64,000 bases of DNA from an uncultured Eubacteriales bacterium. GTDB taxonomy: Bacteria; Bacillota; Clostridia; Peptostreptococcales; Anaerovoracaceae. The notes under the pieces were generated by a model, which saw nothing but the letters and a program-made list of their open reading frames with translations, had not been told where the DNA came from and made no database searches. The translations under genes and the position numbers were made by a program. Shown piece by piece: positions 45,513-55,990 of the stretch (its first letter is position 1; the number at the start of each line of letters is the position of its first letter). The DNA is taken from contig CACYYH010000002.1 of assembly GCA_902778565.1 (NCBI GenBank), forward strand, positions 5,659 to 69,658. The letters run 5' to 3'.

Positions 45513-46744
45513 CAGTCAATAAAAACCTTTCTGATTATGTCTATGAAATCCTTGTTGTTTCTGGTGTGGGCCAGATTGTCTATGATCTCCTCAGTGACCT
45601 GATGCTCAGGCTTGGATGAAAGGGCTTTTCTCATAGCCCAGACTGCTTCCAGCTCGTCCTGGCTCATCAGAAGATCCTCACGTCTCGTTCCGGACTTGTT
45701 CAGGTTCACTGCCGGGAAGATCCTCAGCTCGCTGAGTTTGCGGTCAAGATGGAGTTCCATGTTGCCGGTGCCCTTGAACTCTTCATAGATGACGTCGTCC
45801 ATTCTGGAACCCGTCTCCACAAGGGCTGTGGCAAGGATCGTGATGGATCCTCCCTCTTCCATGTTTCTGGCTGCTCCGAAGAACTTCTTGGGTTTATGAA
45901 GAGCTCCCGGATCAAGTCCGCCGGAAAGGGTCCTGCCTGAACTGGGCACCACCATATTGTAAGCCCTGGCAAGACGTGTGATACTGTCTAATAATATTAC
46001 CACATCTTTCTTATGTTCAACCAGACGTTTTGCGCGTTCGAGGACCATTTCCGCCACCTGCACGTGGTGCTCCGGAAGTTCGTCGAAGGTGGAGTATATG
46101 ACTTCCCCATCCTTCAGACTTCTCTTCATATCGGTCACCTCTTCAGGTCTTTCATCCACAAGGAGCACGATGAGTTCCACGTCGGGATAGTTGGTCTCTA
46201 TGGCGTTGGCGATCTTTTTGAGAAGCACGGTCTTGCCCGCCTTGGGCGGAGCTACGATCAGGCCACGCTGGCCTTTTCCTATAGGCGCTATAAGGTCTAT
46301 AAGGCGAGTGGAGAGCTCCGTTCTCACGGTCTCCAATCTCAGCCTCTCATTAGGAAATACAGGCGTCAGATCGTCGAATTTCGGCCTTCTGATGGCTGCC
46401 CCGGGTTCCTCTCCATTAACCGTATTCACGTAAAGCAGTGCACCGAAACGTTCTCCCTCGTGAGGAAGTCTGGTGACGCAGTTTATCTTGTCGCCGGTCT
46501 TCAGATTGAAGCGGCGGATCTGCACCGGCGACACGTAGATGTCCTTGTCAGAGGTGAGAAAGTTGTCGAATCTGAGGAATCCGAAGCTGTTCTCCTCCTG
46601 GATATCCAGGATACCCTCCACCACAGGGCGCTCGTCCTTTGGCTTGGCTTTGGGCTCCTGAGCTGAGGTTTCCGCTGCCTCTTCAGAAGCCGGAATCTCT
46701 TCAGAATTCAGTTTTTCTTCTATTATATTTTTATTATCTTCCAT
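45512..46744 (-). CDS. rho: Transcription termination factor Rho
   Basis: GGAGA lies 6 nt before ATG 46744. CSD-like GFGFLRF, Walker A APPKAGKT. Confidence 0.92.
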   Translation of the reverse strand: MEDNKNIIEEKLNSEEIPASEEAAETSAQEPKAKPKDERPVVEGILDIQEENSFGFLRFDNFLTSDKDIYVSPVQIRRFNLKTGDKINCVTRLPHEGERFGALLYVNTVNGEEPGAAIRRPKFDDLTPVFPNERLRLETVRTELSTRLIDLIAPIGKGQRGLIVAPPKAGKTVLLKKIANAIETNYPDVELIVLLVDERPEEVTDMKRSLKDGEVIYSTFDELPEHHVQVAEMVLERAKRLVEHKKDVVILLDSITRLARAYNMVVPSSGRTLSGGLDPGALHKPKKFFGAARNMEEGGSITILATALVETGSRMDDVIYEEFKGTGNMELHLDRKLSELRIFPAVNLNKSGTRREDLLMSQDELEAVWAMRKALSSKPEHQVTEEIIDNLAHTRNNKDFIDIIRKVFID

Positions 46745-47396
46745 TTTTGTCTCCGTAATATACTTTGTTGTGAGCAAAGCGCATGATCAGTCCGGCGCCC
46801 CAGGTCATGATGATAAGGACTGCAAATATCAGTACTCCGACTTTCCAGCCCCAGGTCAGGAATCCATACCAGTCGTTGGTGTCCGGCCATTCGCCTGTTC
46901 CGTTTATGAGATTGTTCCCGACATACCCGGCGCCATAAATAAGCGTGGGGATCACCGAAACAATGCTTTCCTTCAGGCTGATGGGTACTCTTGCTCCCAG
47001 CACAAAGGATGCAATAGCCATAAGCGGTACCAGAAGATGCAGCCATAGGGTTGCACCGCTGTAAAGTCCGGGGATTTTAAGTACAGGCCACAGAAACAGC
47101 AACACTACGAGAAACGTCAGGGTAACCGCCGTCGCTCCTGCGAGCCTCAGCTTCGTGATCCAGGCCGGAATATCAGTGTTATGCTTAAGTTTTCTGATGG
47201 TGTATACAACAGTCAGAGCAGAAGCTGCTCCCATGAGCAGATTCGAAAGAATCGTGAAATATTTGAGATTTCTGAGACCACTGGCTGAGATCGTTCCGTT
47301 ATCGCCCCATGCAAATATCATCTTGAGCCAGGCGTAAAGGAACATAATTGAAATTAAGATGTCTAATGCAAAAGAAATTTTTTCTCTGGTCTTCAT
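46734..47396 (-). CDS. Integral membrane protein, about six TM segments, function unknown
   Basis: The ORF extends to 47501 (GTG). However, TTGCAA-N17-TAAACT (47432-47460, minus strand) lies inside that extension. The likely start is therefore ATG 47396 ([12 protein letters not shown]...), with a distant RBS. Confidence 0.6.
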   Translation of the reverse strand: MKTREKISFALDILISIMFLYAWLKMIFAWGDNGTISASGLRNLKYFTILSNLLMGAASALTVVYTIRKLKHNTDIPAWITKLRLAGATAVTLTFLVVLLFLWPVLKIPGLYSGATLWLHLLVPLMAIASFVLGARVPISLKESIVSVIPTLIYGAGYVGNNLINGTGEWPDTNDWYGFLTWGWKVGVLIFAVLIIMTWGAGLIMRFAHNKVYYGDKNGR

Positions 47397-47561
47397 AGTT
47401 GCAAATGCGGGAACCCTCCCCGCTGCAGTATAGTTTACTACAGGCAATGGTTTTTTGCAAGTGGCCGGGAGACAAGGGAACATCGCCTTGCTTTCAGCCA
47501 CACGTCCCCTTTGTTGCTTAATGCGGCTGAACTGATAGATTTTCTTTTCTTATCTTTTTAA

Positions 47562-48356
47562 TTACAGCAGAAACTCCTCTACCAACCGATGCACGACCTT
47601 GACGTTCAGGGGCGAGTGCTTTGTTTCAAAGGTCAGGATCATATTCACGCCGGGATAAAATCCGCTGAGCATCAGATCGTTGAGACGCCCTACATTGTAT
47701 TCCATGTATTCCGTATCGTCTGCTCTTCCGAAGTGTTCCCAGATAAATATCCTGCGCAGAGCCACGTTCAGCAAAGTGAAGTCCGGGTGTATGATCTTAC
47801 CATTCCAAAGTTTAAGCGGGCACTCGTACTTCTTAGGAACAGGATAGCTGTCAAAAACATCTGCCAGCAATGCTTCGGATTTAGATCTGACTCTCAGACC
47901 GTTGACAGAGTAATATTCAGGGTCATTTTCATTAAACCTTTTAGGTTCATATGGGTCATTCAGCCATTGCTCAGCATACTCCGCATCCGTGATGAACGCC
48001 TTTCTTACCAATTCTTTCCTCGGGAGAGTCAGTTTTTCATATACTCCCTCTGCAGACTCCCTGTCCCGGATCCTGACCAGTTCCTTAATGGCCGCACTCT
48101 CTTTCTCTGCTGCCTTTTTTACCAGGATATCATAATCACGCTGCGCGATAGCTTCAGCGTTGATCATATTATCTCTTCTGACATATTTACCTGACCTGTC
48201 AGAGGCTGCGCTGCGTATATAGCACCTGGTTCTTCCCTTGTCGTTTACTACCCTCAGCTTTCCCTGCGGAGCATCTGACAGTATTTTTTCAAATGTTATG
48301 ATCATCTTATCCAATTCAGCTTCTCTTTTTCTCAATTCACTTTCTAATAATCTCAT
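47562..48356 (-). CDS. Hypothetical protein with N-terminal coiled coil and C-terminal PD-(D/E)XK-like nuclease motifs
   Basis: GGGAGG lies 7 nt before ATG 48356 (MRLLESELRK...). The C-terminal region RSKSEALLADVF...YECPL...IHPDFTLL...IFIWEHFG resembles restriction-endonuclease-fold (DUF559/TnsA_N-like) cores. Confidence 0.55.
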   Translation of the reverse strand: MRLLESELRKREAELDKMIITFEKILSDAPQGKLRVVNDKGRTRCYIRSAASDRSGKYVRRDNMINAEAIAQRDYDILVKKAAEKESAAIKELVRIRDRESAEGVYEKLTLPRKELVRKAFITDAEYAEQWLNDPYEPKRFNENDPEYYSVNGLRVRSKSEALLADVFDSYPVPKKYECPLKLWNGKIIHPDFTLLNVALRRIFIWEHFGRADDTEYMEYNVGRLNDLMLSGFYPGVNMILTFETKHSPLNVKVVHRLVEEFLL

Positions 48357-48382
48357 TTCCATACCTCCCTGATAATAAAATA

Positions 48383-48690
48383 GACCACACATCCCTATTA
48401 TCTTGGATTGTGGTCCAGTATTATTAGTTTTTATTTGGTTTTTTGCTAAGGGTCTGGCCTGTTCAACCCTTGTTATCTGGTTGTTTTGGACCGCATCAGC
48501 TGCTCCACATCAATTGTGGTCCAAAGCACATCTTTTGCATTGGACCGCATCAGCCACTCCACATCAATTGTGGTCCAAAATACATCTTTTGCAGTGGACT
48601 GCATCAGGCGCTCCACATCAATTGTGGTCCAAAATACATCTTTTGCATTGGACCGCATTCGGAGTAATGCACTTTTGTGGTCCACTGAAT
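48383..48690. repeat. Array of five dyad elements (T[GT]GAC[CT][GA]CA - about 19-nt spacer - TTGTGGTCCA); four of them form 54-bp tandem units
   Basis: Units are 48486-48539, 48540-48593, 48594-48647 and a diverged 48648-48690. An isolated dyad GACCACA-N19-TGTGGTC lies at 48383-48415. Confidence 0.85.
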
Positions 48691-48767
48691 GAATTCATCC
48701 CGGCAAAAACCTTTTGACACTGCCATTTTACCACACCCAAACTTCCTTTTCAGTCCAATCCTGCAAA

Positions 48768-48799
48768 AAACACAAAAAACGGCGCCCCGCAGGGCGCCG
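48768..48799 (-). terminator. Intrinsic terminator after hbd
   Basis: Minus strand GGCGCCC-TGCG-GGGCGCC followed by GTTTTTTGTGTTTTTTG. Confidence 0.85.
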
Positions 48800-48817
48800 C
48801 ATTCATGCTAAGCGATA

Positions 48818-49666
48818 TTATTTCTGATAGTTGTAGAATCCTTCGCCTGTCTTACGTCCAAGCTTGCCTGCTCTTACCATCTTTCTGAGTAAAGGATGTG
48901 CTGCATACTTGGGGTTGCCGAATTCATTGTAAAGAACGTCCATGATAGCTAAGCATACATCGAGTCCGATGAGGTCGCCCAGTTCAAGAGGTCCCATGGG
49001 GTGGTTAGCACCAAGCTTCATAGCTGTGTCGATTCCTTCTACGGAAGCAACGCCGTCAGCATAGATGCCGATACCTTCGTTGATCATAGGGATCAGGATC
49101 CTGTTAACTACGAATCCGGGAGCTTCTGCTACTTCTACAGGAGTCTTGCCCAGGATCTGGGTGAGTTCAAGGATAGTAGCCTTTGTCTCTTCGGAAGTTG
49201 TAAGTCCGCAGATGATCTCAACGAGCTTCATAGCGGGTACAGGATTGAAGAAGTGCATTCCGATAACCTTGTCAGGTCTGCCGGATGCAACTGCGATCTC
49301 TGTGATTGAAAGGGAGGATGTATTGGTAGCGATGATGGTATCAGGCTTGCAGATCTCATTGAGCTGTGCAAATAATGCCTTCTTGGCTTCCATATCCTCT
49401 GTTGCTGCCTCGATTACCAGGTCTGCGTCTGCGATGATGTTGATATCGGTGGAGCCATGAACTCTTCCGAAGATCTCATCAGCTTCAGCTTGCTCGATCT
49501 TGCCCTTGGCAACCATCTTGTCCAGGTTCTTCTTAACGGTAGCAAGTCCCTTCTCGATAGAAGTTTCACGTCTTGCTCTCATTACTACTTCATAACCCTT
49601 CTGAGCGCATACCTGAATGATGCCTGCTCCCATTGTGCCTGTTCCTAATACGCCGATTTTCTTCAT
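48818..49666 (-). CDS. hbd: 3-hydroxybutyryl-CoA dehydrogenase
   Basis: 282 aa starting MKKIGVLGTGTMGAGI, and continuing ...FFNPVPAMKLVE. Confidence 0.92.
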   Translation of the reverse strand: MKKIGVLGTGTMGAGIIQVCAQKGYEVVMRARRETSIEKGLATVKKNLDKMVAKGKIEQAEADEIFGRVHGSTDINIIADADLVIEAATEDMEAKKALFAQLNEICKPDTIIATNTSSLSITEIAVASGRPDKVIGMHFFNPVPAMKLVEIICGLTTSEETKATILELTQILGKTPVEVAEAPGFVVNRILIPMINEGIGIYADGVASVEGIDTAMKLGANHPMGPLELGDLIGLDVCLAIMDVLYNEFGNPKYAAHPLLRKMVRAGKLGRKTGEGFYNYQK

Positions 49667-49840
49667 TAATATTGCCTCCTTAAAAATATATTTAGTGGAT
49701 TGCTTATCGTTTTTGATGACTCGTTAAAAAATTAACTGCCATACATAATTATTATAACATAATTCCCTCGGAAAGTAACCCCATTTCGCGATTTATTCGT
49801 GTATTTTTTATGATACTCGCGGGTCTTTCCTCGGATCAGT

Positions 49841-51352
49841 TTAACCTAGATAAAGGTTCGTGGTCAGATACTCGGGATCGCAGGTAACGTCGATTCCCAT
49901 AGACCTCAGTGTCTGCTCGTCGTTGTCGGATAAAATGGCTGTGCAGTGTGCCTTGCAGCCGTCCAGCATACCCAGCATTCCTACGGTCCTGTTTGCATAT
50001 TCATTCATGTCAGCAGAGATCGAAAGGGCTGTCAGGATATCGTCCACGTTAAGGGACGTCCTGTCGTGGTGAAGTACGTTTACTTTCAGATTCTGGATGT
50101 TGTTGAAAACTTCAGGTGAGATGACATACATGGGATCAGGCAGACCTGCCAGCTTCTTTACTGCATTCAGGATGCAGGCTCCGGCGGCTACCATTCTTCT
50201 GGAGGAACGGCCTGTTACGATGGTTCCATCAGGAAGCTCCAGCGCCATAACTACCACGTTCAGATACTTTTTGTCCAGTTCCTGCTTCTTTGCAGCATAT
50301 TCTCTGGCGGGAAGTACCACGGATCTGTCGGTCTCCTTGGCTCCCACGTCCTTCATGAGAAGTTCGGATCTCTCGAGGACTTTGGAATCGATCTTGCCCT
50401 TCTTGTAATCTACCTTGGCCATCATGAATCTGCGGATGATCTCCTGGATGGCGGCCTCTCTCACCACTTCATCGTCGGTGATGCAGAAACCAACGCGGTT
50501 AACTCCCATGTCGGTAGGGCTCTGGTATTCAGACTCTCCGGTGATGGTATCGATGATCCTCTTGATGACCGGGAAGACCTCCAGGTCGCGGTTGTAGTTG
50601 ACAGCCTTTTCACCGTATGCTTCCAGGTGGAAGCTGTCTATCATGTTAACGTCCTTAAGGTCTGCGGTTGCAGCCTCATAGGCGATGTTCACAGGATGCT
50701 TCAGAGGAAGGTTCCATACAGGGAAGGTCTCGAACTTGGCGTATCTTACCCTTCTTCCCAGTTTGTACTCATGGTAAAGCTGTGAAAGGCAGGTGGCCAG
50801 CTTGCCTGAGCCGCCTCCCGGACCGGTCACCACGATGAGGGGCTTGGTCACTTCGATATAAGGGTTGGCTCCGTATCCCTCTTCGGATACGATGGTATCC
50901 ACGTCTGTGGGATATCCCTTCGTAAAGAAATGCTTATAGACCTTGATGTCTCTTCTCTGGAGCTTGTTAATGAACTGCTCAACAGACGGAGACTCCTGAT
51001 ATCTTGTGACAACTACTGAATTGATCTTAAGGTCATACTTTCTGTATATATCGATGAGCCTCAGCACTTCCAGGTCGTAGGTGATACCGAAATCCTGCCT
51101 GGTCTTGGAATTGATGATGTCTCCTGAGTAGATACAGATGATGATCTCTGCCTGATCTTTCATCTTTTCCAGGAGCTTGATCTTTGCGTTTTCATCGAAT
51201 CCCGGCAGCACTCTCATGGCGTGCTTGTCGTGGACCAGCTTGCCGCCGAATTCAAGATAAAGCCTTTCGCTGTTCTTGTGATTGATCCTTTCCAGAATGT
51301 ACTTGGACTGCTCTTCAATATACTTTTCTGAGTCAAAACCTATCTTCTGCAT
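49841..51352 (-). CDS. DUF1846 (UPF0371) family protein
   Basis: 503 aa starting [23 protein letters not shown]...YLEFGGKL. Confidence 0.8.
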   Translation of the reverse strand: MQKIGFDSEKYIEEQSKYILERINHKNSERLYLEFGGKLVHDKHAMRVLPGFDENAKIKLLEKMKDQAEIIICIYSGDIINSKTRQDFGITYDLEVLRLIDIYRKYDLKINSVVVTRYQESPSVEQFINKLQRRDIKVYKHFFTKGYPTDVDTIVSEEGYGANPYIEVTKPLIVVTGPGGGSGKLATCLSQLYHEYKLGRRVRYAKFETFPVWNLPLKHPVNIAYEAATADLKDVNMIDSFHLEAYGEKAVNYNRDLEVFPVIKRIIDTITGESEYQSPTDMGVNRVGFCITDDEVVREAAIQEIIRRFMMAKVDYKKGKIDSKVLERSELLMKDVGAKETDRSVVLPAREYAAKKQELDKKYLNVVVMALELPDGTIVTGRSSRRMVAAGACILNAVKKLAGLPDPMYVISPEVFNNIQNLKVNVLHHDRTSLNVDDILTALSISADMNEYANRTVGMLGMLDGCKAHCTAILSDNDEQTLRSMGIDVTCDPEYLTTNLYLG

Positions 51353-51417
51353 TTTTCACCTCTTTCATATACGGGAAACGCAAAGCATGCGCATCAAAAC
51401 TGCGCCGCAGTGCATTT

Positions 51418-51843
51418 TTACATCACGTCGATTATCAGCTTGTTCTTTCCTTCTGCAACGCCTCCGAGGGACACGTCATATTCAATGTCGATGGAACCTT
51501 TTTTTGCCTCATGATCCATGAGATTCTTTATGCTCCTGGTGAGCACCTCCACCTCCATGGGTCCCATGGGTGTCTCGTAGTTGGATGAGAATCTCTTTCC
51601 CTCCTCGAAGTACAGCTCGGGGCCCGGGCCTTCCTTGCTGATCCTCTTCATCTTAAGGGATGTATCGTTGAACTTCAGAGTCGTCCGGAAGCCTTCAAGC
51701 CCGGAGATCTCTGACTCATCATATATGAGGTAGAAGAATCCGTTTCTTTCGTAGATCCTTCCGTCAGTGATGAATTCCATCTGGTCTTCTTCACTGCCAT
51801 CAAAGCATTGCTTGCCTGTTATTTTGATCGTAATATCTTTCAT
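51418..51843 (-). CDS. DUF1934 (YwiB-like) protein
   Basis: 141 aa. Its start overlaps the ddl 3' end by 44 nt. Confidence 0.7.
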   Translation of the reverse strand: MKDITIKITGKQCFDGSEEDQMEFITDGRIYERNGFFYLIYDESEISGLEGFRTTLKFNDTSLKMKRISKEGPGPELYFEEGKRFSSNYETPMGPMEVEVLTRSIKNLMDHEAKKGSIDIEYDVSLGGVAEGKNKLIIDVM

Positions 51844-52870
51844 AGCCCAGTTCTATTATCCTTTCTATGGTATCCGGATAACTGAGTCCCGCCGCTTCCC
51901 AAAGCATCGGGAACATGCTTATCTTGGTAAATCCCGGCAAGGTGTTGATCTCGTTGATGTACACCTTGTCCGTTCCTTTTTCTACAAAAAAGTCTATTCT
52001 GGCGTAGCCTTCGCCGTCGATGGCTCTGAAGGCGTTGACTGCCAGTTCCCTGATCTCTTCAGTGAGCTCAGGTGAAAGTTCTGCAGGGATCTTCAGCACC
52101 GATCTTTCATCTTCGTATTTGGATTCGTATGTGTAGAATTCTCCGAAGGGAATGATCTCTCCCAGCACTGCAGCCTCCGGATGCTCGTTTCCGAGGACTG
52201 CCGCCTCCACTTCTCTGGCGTTTATGGCTTCTTCAATGATCAGCCTCTTGTCAAACTTGAAAGCCAAGTCGCAGGCCCTGAAGAATTCCTTCTTGTCATG
52301 AGCCTTTGTTATTCCCACAGAGGAGCCCATATTTGCCGGTTTTACGAAGCAGGGGTAACCCAGCTCTCTAGCTACAGAAGCCTCTGCTTTTTCCCTGTCT
52401 TCGTCATATTTATACTTGAAGAGCGCCCTGTGCTTGCAGATGGGGAATCCGACTTTTTCGAATACGTCCTTGGCTGCCAGCTTGTCCATGGCAAGAGCTG
52501 ACGCCAGCACTCCGCAGCCGCCGTAAGGAATTCCCACGGTCTCAAAGAAGCCCTGGAGCTTACCGTCTTCACAGTATGGCCCGTGAATGATGGGAAGCGC
52601 AAAATCCGCCACCTTCACTATGTCGCTCATGTTGAAGTCTTCGGAATAATCCTGCCAGGTGCCCTTTTCCAGAACCTCTGCGGCGAAAGCAGGACCTTCT
52701 CCCGCAGGGAGCACCAGCCTCTTCCATACTCCGGCCCTGGTTATGCCCAGGTATACCAGCTCATATCTTTCTTTATTGATGGCACGGATCACTGATGCCG
52801 CTGACATCAGGGATACGTCATGCTCTGATGATCTTCCTCCGAAGACCACCGCGATCTTTCTTTTATTCAT
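51800..52870 (-). CDS. ddl: D-alanine--D-alanine ligase
   Basis: ATGA overlap with the hslO stop, with GGAGGAG upstream. MNKRKIAVVFGGRSSEHDVSL.... Confidence 0.92.
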   Translation of the reverse strand: MNKRKIAVVFGGRSSEHDVSLMSAASVIRAINKERYELVYLGITRAGVWKRLVLPAGEGPAFAAEVLEKGTWQDYSEDFNMSDIVKVADFALPIIHGPYCEDGKLQGFFETVGIPYGGCGVLASALAMDKLAAKDVFEKVGFPICKHRALFKYKYDEDREKAEASVARELGYPCFVKPANMGSSVGITKAHDKKEFFRACDLAFKFDKRLIIEEAINAREVEAAVLGNEHPEAAVLGEIIPFGEFYTYESKYEDERSVLKIPAELSPELTEEIRELAVNAFRAIDGEGYARIDFFVEKGTDKVYINEINTLPGFTKISMFPMLWEAAGLSYPDTIERIIELGYERYYDQNNRQAML

Positions 52871-53793
52871 CTGATCTCCTCCAACAGTCTCAAAAGGTGA
52901 TCCTTTGTAAAATGATATTTCTTCAGGCAGAACTGACATGTAAGCTCAGCCTGTCCGTCTTCTTCTATGATTTCCATCAGGTCCTTCTTTCCGATGGACA
53001 TAAGGGCTTTTTCGATCCTCTCCTCGGAACAGTCGCAATGCCATTCCATCTCACCGTAGGAAAGCACCTGGACCTTATACTCTTCGGGCATGCCGCCGAA
53101 GATGCTCTCCAGCATTGCCTGCATGACGCCCTCGTCCGACTTGCCGACGTTTGCGTCTACGGTCTCCTCAACGATCGTTGTGATGGGCGGAAGATCCGCC
53201 AGCATCTCTTCCAGCGCGTCTACAGCCTTTTCATCTCCTCCGGGGAGCATCTGGATGAACATACCGCCTGCAGCCTTTATGCTCCAGTCAGTGTCAACCT
53301 TTACTCCCAGTGAGATGGCTGTATTCTGCTGTTCAGATATATAGTAGTAGGCCGTGAGATCGTCAGCGATCTCTCCGTCCACAAGAGCGATGGTTCCGAC
53401 GTAGGGTTCCTTGAGTCCAAGGTCTTTTATGACCGTAAGGTTTCCGATGCCCAGAGAACCGCCTACGTCCAGTTTGCCTCTGTCGTTCAAAGGAAGGTCG
53501 CATGAAGGATTGGCTATGTATCCCTTGACTTTCCCTCCCCTGGTGGCTGTGGCAAGGATCTGCTCTGCCGGTCCGTCGCCTTTGAAGAGCACCGTCAGTT
53601 TGTCTGTAGGATTCTTCATGTCAAGGCTCATGAGGCCTGCGCCGGTCAGTACCCTTCCCAGTCCTGCCGAGGCAAGAGGCGTGGTATCGTGTATCTTCCT
53701 GGCCTCTTCAACCATGTCTGTGGTTATCGCCAGAAATACTCTGTAGGATCCGCTTTTATCTATAGCTGTGATTACATTTTTCATATTATTCAA
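52867..53793 (-). CDS. hslO: Hsp33 family redox-regulated chaperone
   Basis: 308 aa. C-terminal zinc centre CDCS...CQFC. The start (TTG 53793 or ATG 53784) is uncertain. Confidence 0.9.
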   Translation of the reverse strand: MNNMKNVITAIDKSGSYRVFLAITTDMVEEARKIHDTTPLASAGLGRVLTGAGLMSLDMKNPTDKLTVLFKGDGPAEQILATATRGGKVKGYIANPSCDLPLNDRGKLDVGGSLGIGNLTVIKDLGLKEPYVGTIALVDGEIADDLTAYYYISEQQNTAISLGVKVDTDWSIKAAGGMFIQMLPGGDEKAVDALEEMLADLPPITTIVEETVDANVGKSDEGVMQAMLESIFGGMPEEYKVQVLSYGEMEWHCDCSEERIEKALMSIGKKDLMEIIEEDGQAELTCQFCLKKYHFTKDHLLRLLEEIR

Positions 53794-53937
53794 TATTCCC
53801 CCATTTTGAATTACATCTTATTTTATCATATTTCACATAGTTTTTACACATAAATATCACAAATGTTAAATATAATTTGGTTGTATCGGGAGAGGACCAT
53901 AGAGTTCTCAGTCCGATCATATCAAGGAGGCAAAAAA

Positions 53938-55194
53938 ATGGACGATTGGGATAAGTTCAACTATTCAAAGGAAACAGGCAACGCGGGACCTCAGGGAGCT
54001 CCCCACGGTGAACCCCAGACCTACATCAATTACAGCAATACCGGCTCCGGCAGCGCATACGCTCCTCAGCCGAAATACGTCACCATGAAGGTGCTGATCA
54101 TAGCGCTGATCATCTGCATGGTATTATCCGCCACCATTGGCGCTGCGGCATACGCATTTGCCATGTCCGCCTTCGGAGGCACAACGGTAGACAAGACCAT
54201 CAAGACTACAAACTACAACCTGGCAAGGTCTACAGGCGCAGTTCTTTCCATCCAGGAGATCATAGCAAGAAACGAAAACTCCGTGGTGGCCATCTCCACA
54301 GAAACGGTCCAGACCGACTTCTGGGCGGGACAGTACGTTACTCAGGGCGCAGGTTCCGGAGTCGTATATTCCGAGGACGGTTACATCATAACAAACAATC
54401 ACGTTATTGCCGGAGCATCCAACATCAAAGTTACTCTTCACGACGGCACAGAATATGACGCTACATTGGTGGCTACAGATCAGCTGACCGACGTGGCCGT
54501 CATCAAGATCGACGCAACCGGTCTTCCCGCAGTGCAGTTCGGAAGCATGGATGATCTCAACGTGGGCGATGCAGTCGTTGCCATCGGAAATCCTCTGGGT
54601 ACCCTTTCGGGAACCGCAACAGAGGGCATAGTAAGCGCTCTTGAAAGAGAGATTACGATTGACGGCAAGCAGATGACTCTGATCCAGACTTCAGCTTCCA
54701 TCAACCCCGGAAACTCCGGCGGCGGACTCTTTGACCAGTACGGCAACCTCATCGGTATCGTTGTGGCCAAGTCTTCCGGTTCCGACGTTGAAGGCCTCGG
54801 CTTCGCCATCCCTTGCGACAAGGTGGCAAGCGTAGCCAAGTCCCTCATCGAGAACGGATACGTTGAAGGCAGACCTCAGGCCGGGATCACCATCGTGGAT
54901 CTGACGGATGCCAATGCTGCAATGCGTGCAGGCGTTACCATCACAGGCGTTTACATCTCCGACGTTACCGGAAAGAATGCCAAGAAAGCCGGCCTTCAGA
55001 AGGGCGATCTGATCTATTATCTTGACGATACCAAGATCACAAGCTCTGCTCATCTTGTGGGACTGATCCAGAAGCATGAGGTAGGCGACGTTGTGACCTT
55101 TACCGTCGTAAGAGATAACGAACTCCTTAAGATGGACGTTGAACTTGAACTGTCACAGCCTCAGCAAGCTGCTCAGCAAAGTACTGAGGGCTGA
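53938..55194 (+). CDS. htrA: HtrA/DegP family serine protease with TM anchor and PDZ domain
   Basis: AAGGAGG precedes ATG 53938. TNNHV, GNSGGGL catalytic motifs and a C-terminal PDZ. Confidence 0.9.
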   Translation: MDDWDKFNYSKETGNAGPQGAPHGEPQTYINYSNTGSGSAYAPQPKYVTMKVLIIALIICMVLSATIGAAAYAFAMSAFGGTTVDKTIKTTNYNLARSTGAVLSIQEIIARNENSVVAISTETVQTDFWAGQYVTQGAGSGVVYSEDGYIITNNHVIAGASNIKVTLHDGTEYDATLVATDQLTDVAVIKIDATGLPAVQFGSMDDLNVGDAVVAIGNPLGTLSGTATEGIVSALEREITIDGKQMTLIQTSASINPGNSGGGLFDQYGNLIGIVVAKSSGSDVEGLGFAIPCDKVASVAKSLIENGYVEGRPQAGITIVDLTDANAAMRAGVTITGVYISDVTGKNAKKAGLQKGDLIYYLDDTKITSSAHLVGLIQKHEVGDVVTFTVVRDNELLKMDVELELSQPQQAAQQSTEG

Positions 55195-55228
55195 TAACAG
55201 ACGAGCCCATTTTCCTGAATATTACACA

Positions 55229-55262
55229 AAGATCCCCGCGATCATCGCGGGGATCTTTTTAC
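55229..55262 (+). terminator. Intrinsic terminator after htrA
   Basis: AAGATCCCCGCGAT-CATCGCGGGGATCTT followed by TTT. Confidence 0.85.
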
Positions 55263-55263
55263 A

Positions 55264-55291
55264 ATAAAAAGGAGCCTGTTCAGGGCTCCTC
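55264..55291 (-). terminator. Intrinsic terminator after the GntR gene
   Basis: Minus strand AGGAGCC-CTGAACA-GGCTCCT followed by TTTTATTG. Confidence 0.75.
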
Positions 55292-55295
55292 TGTT

Positions 55296-55988
55296 TTATT
55301 TGCTATGTACGTTAACGACGTGCTTGTTAAGCTTGTCGCCTTCTTTTCTTACGAAGTCTTTCAGCCTGGCCAGATGTTCCTCTGCGTTCACTCTGGCGCT
55401 GGTAACGTCGCCGCTTACTATGGCATCCACGATCGCCTGATGCTCAGTGGGCTGATTCTTGAATCTTGAAAAATCTTCGTAGTAGATATATCTGAATCTC
55501 AGAGCCAGCTCCTGGACCTGGGACACCATTTTGATAAGGGTCTTGTTTCCGCTTAAGGATACGATATATTTATGGAAAGCCTCGTCGTTCTTGATGATCT
55601 GCTCGATATCTTCCTTATCCACGGATTCCTTGTATTTTCTGGCTATGCTCTCCAGCTCCAGCCTGCCCTCTTCGGTGATCCTCTGAGCAGCGATCCCTGC
55701 AGCCATGCCTTCCAGATCCTGTCTTACTTCCAGGATGTCTACCATGTCCTTTGCAGAAATGTCGGAAGCATAAGCTCCTCTTCTGGGCTCTATGGTTACC
55801 AGACCTTCTTTTTCCAGCTTTCTGATGGCTTCTCTCACCGGAGTACGGCTTACGCCCATCTCTTCAGCAAGCTCCACTTCCATCATTCTGGTACCGGGAG
55901 CGATCTCTCCCACCATTATCTGGCGCTTAAGTTCCTCATAGACGATCTCCCTTAAGGGCTTATGATTCTGTAACGTGAAATTTATCAT
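55296..55988 (-). CDS. GntR family (FadR/FCD subfamily) transcriptional regulator
   Basis: 230 aa. ...EEMGVSRTPVREAIRKLEKEGLV. Confidence 0.9.
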   Translation of the reverse strand: MINFTLQNHKPLREIVYEELKRQIMVGEIAPGTRMMEVELAEEMGVSRTPVREAIRKLEKEGLVTIEPRRGAYASDISAKDMVDILEVRQDLEGMAAGIAAQRITEEGRLELESIARKYKESVDKEDIEQIIKNDEAFHKYIVSLSGNKTLIKMVSQVQELALRFRYIYYEDFSRFKNQPTEHQAIVDAIVSGDVTSARVNAEEHLARLKDFVRKEGDKLNKHVVNVHSK

Positions 55989-55990
55989 TA

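Noticed and set aside
48403-48717. Four overlapping ORFs (68-104 aa, both strands) with repetitive peptides such as PHQLWSKIHLLHWTAS; possible CRISPR array
   Set aside because: The frames stay open only because the repeat unit is 54 nt (18 codons). This is not CRISPR: the units are directly adjacent and nearly identical, there are no unique spacers, and no cas genes are nearby.
51800-51843. 44-nt overlap between the ddl 3' end and the DUF1934 start as a possible frameshift or mis-assembly
   Set aside because: Both reading frames look complete, with a normal Ddl C-terminus and a typical DUF1934 N-terminus MKDITIKITGKQ. No slippery sequence is present. It is treated as an ordinary, if long, gene overlap.
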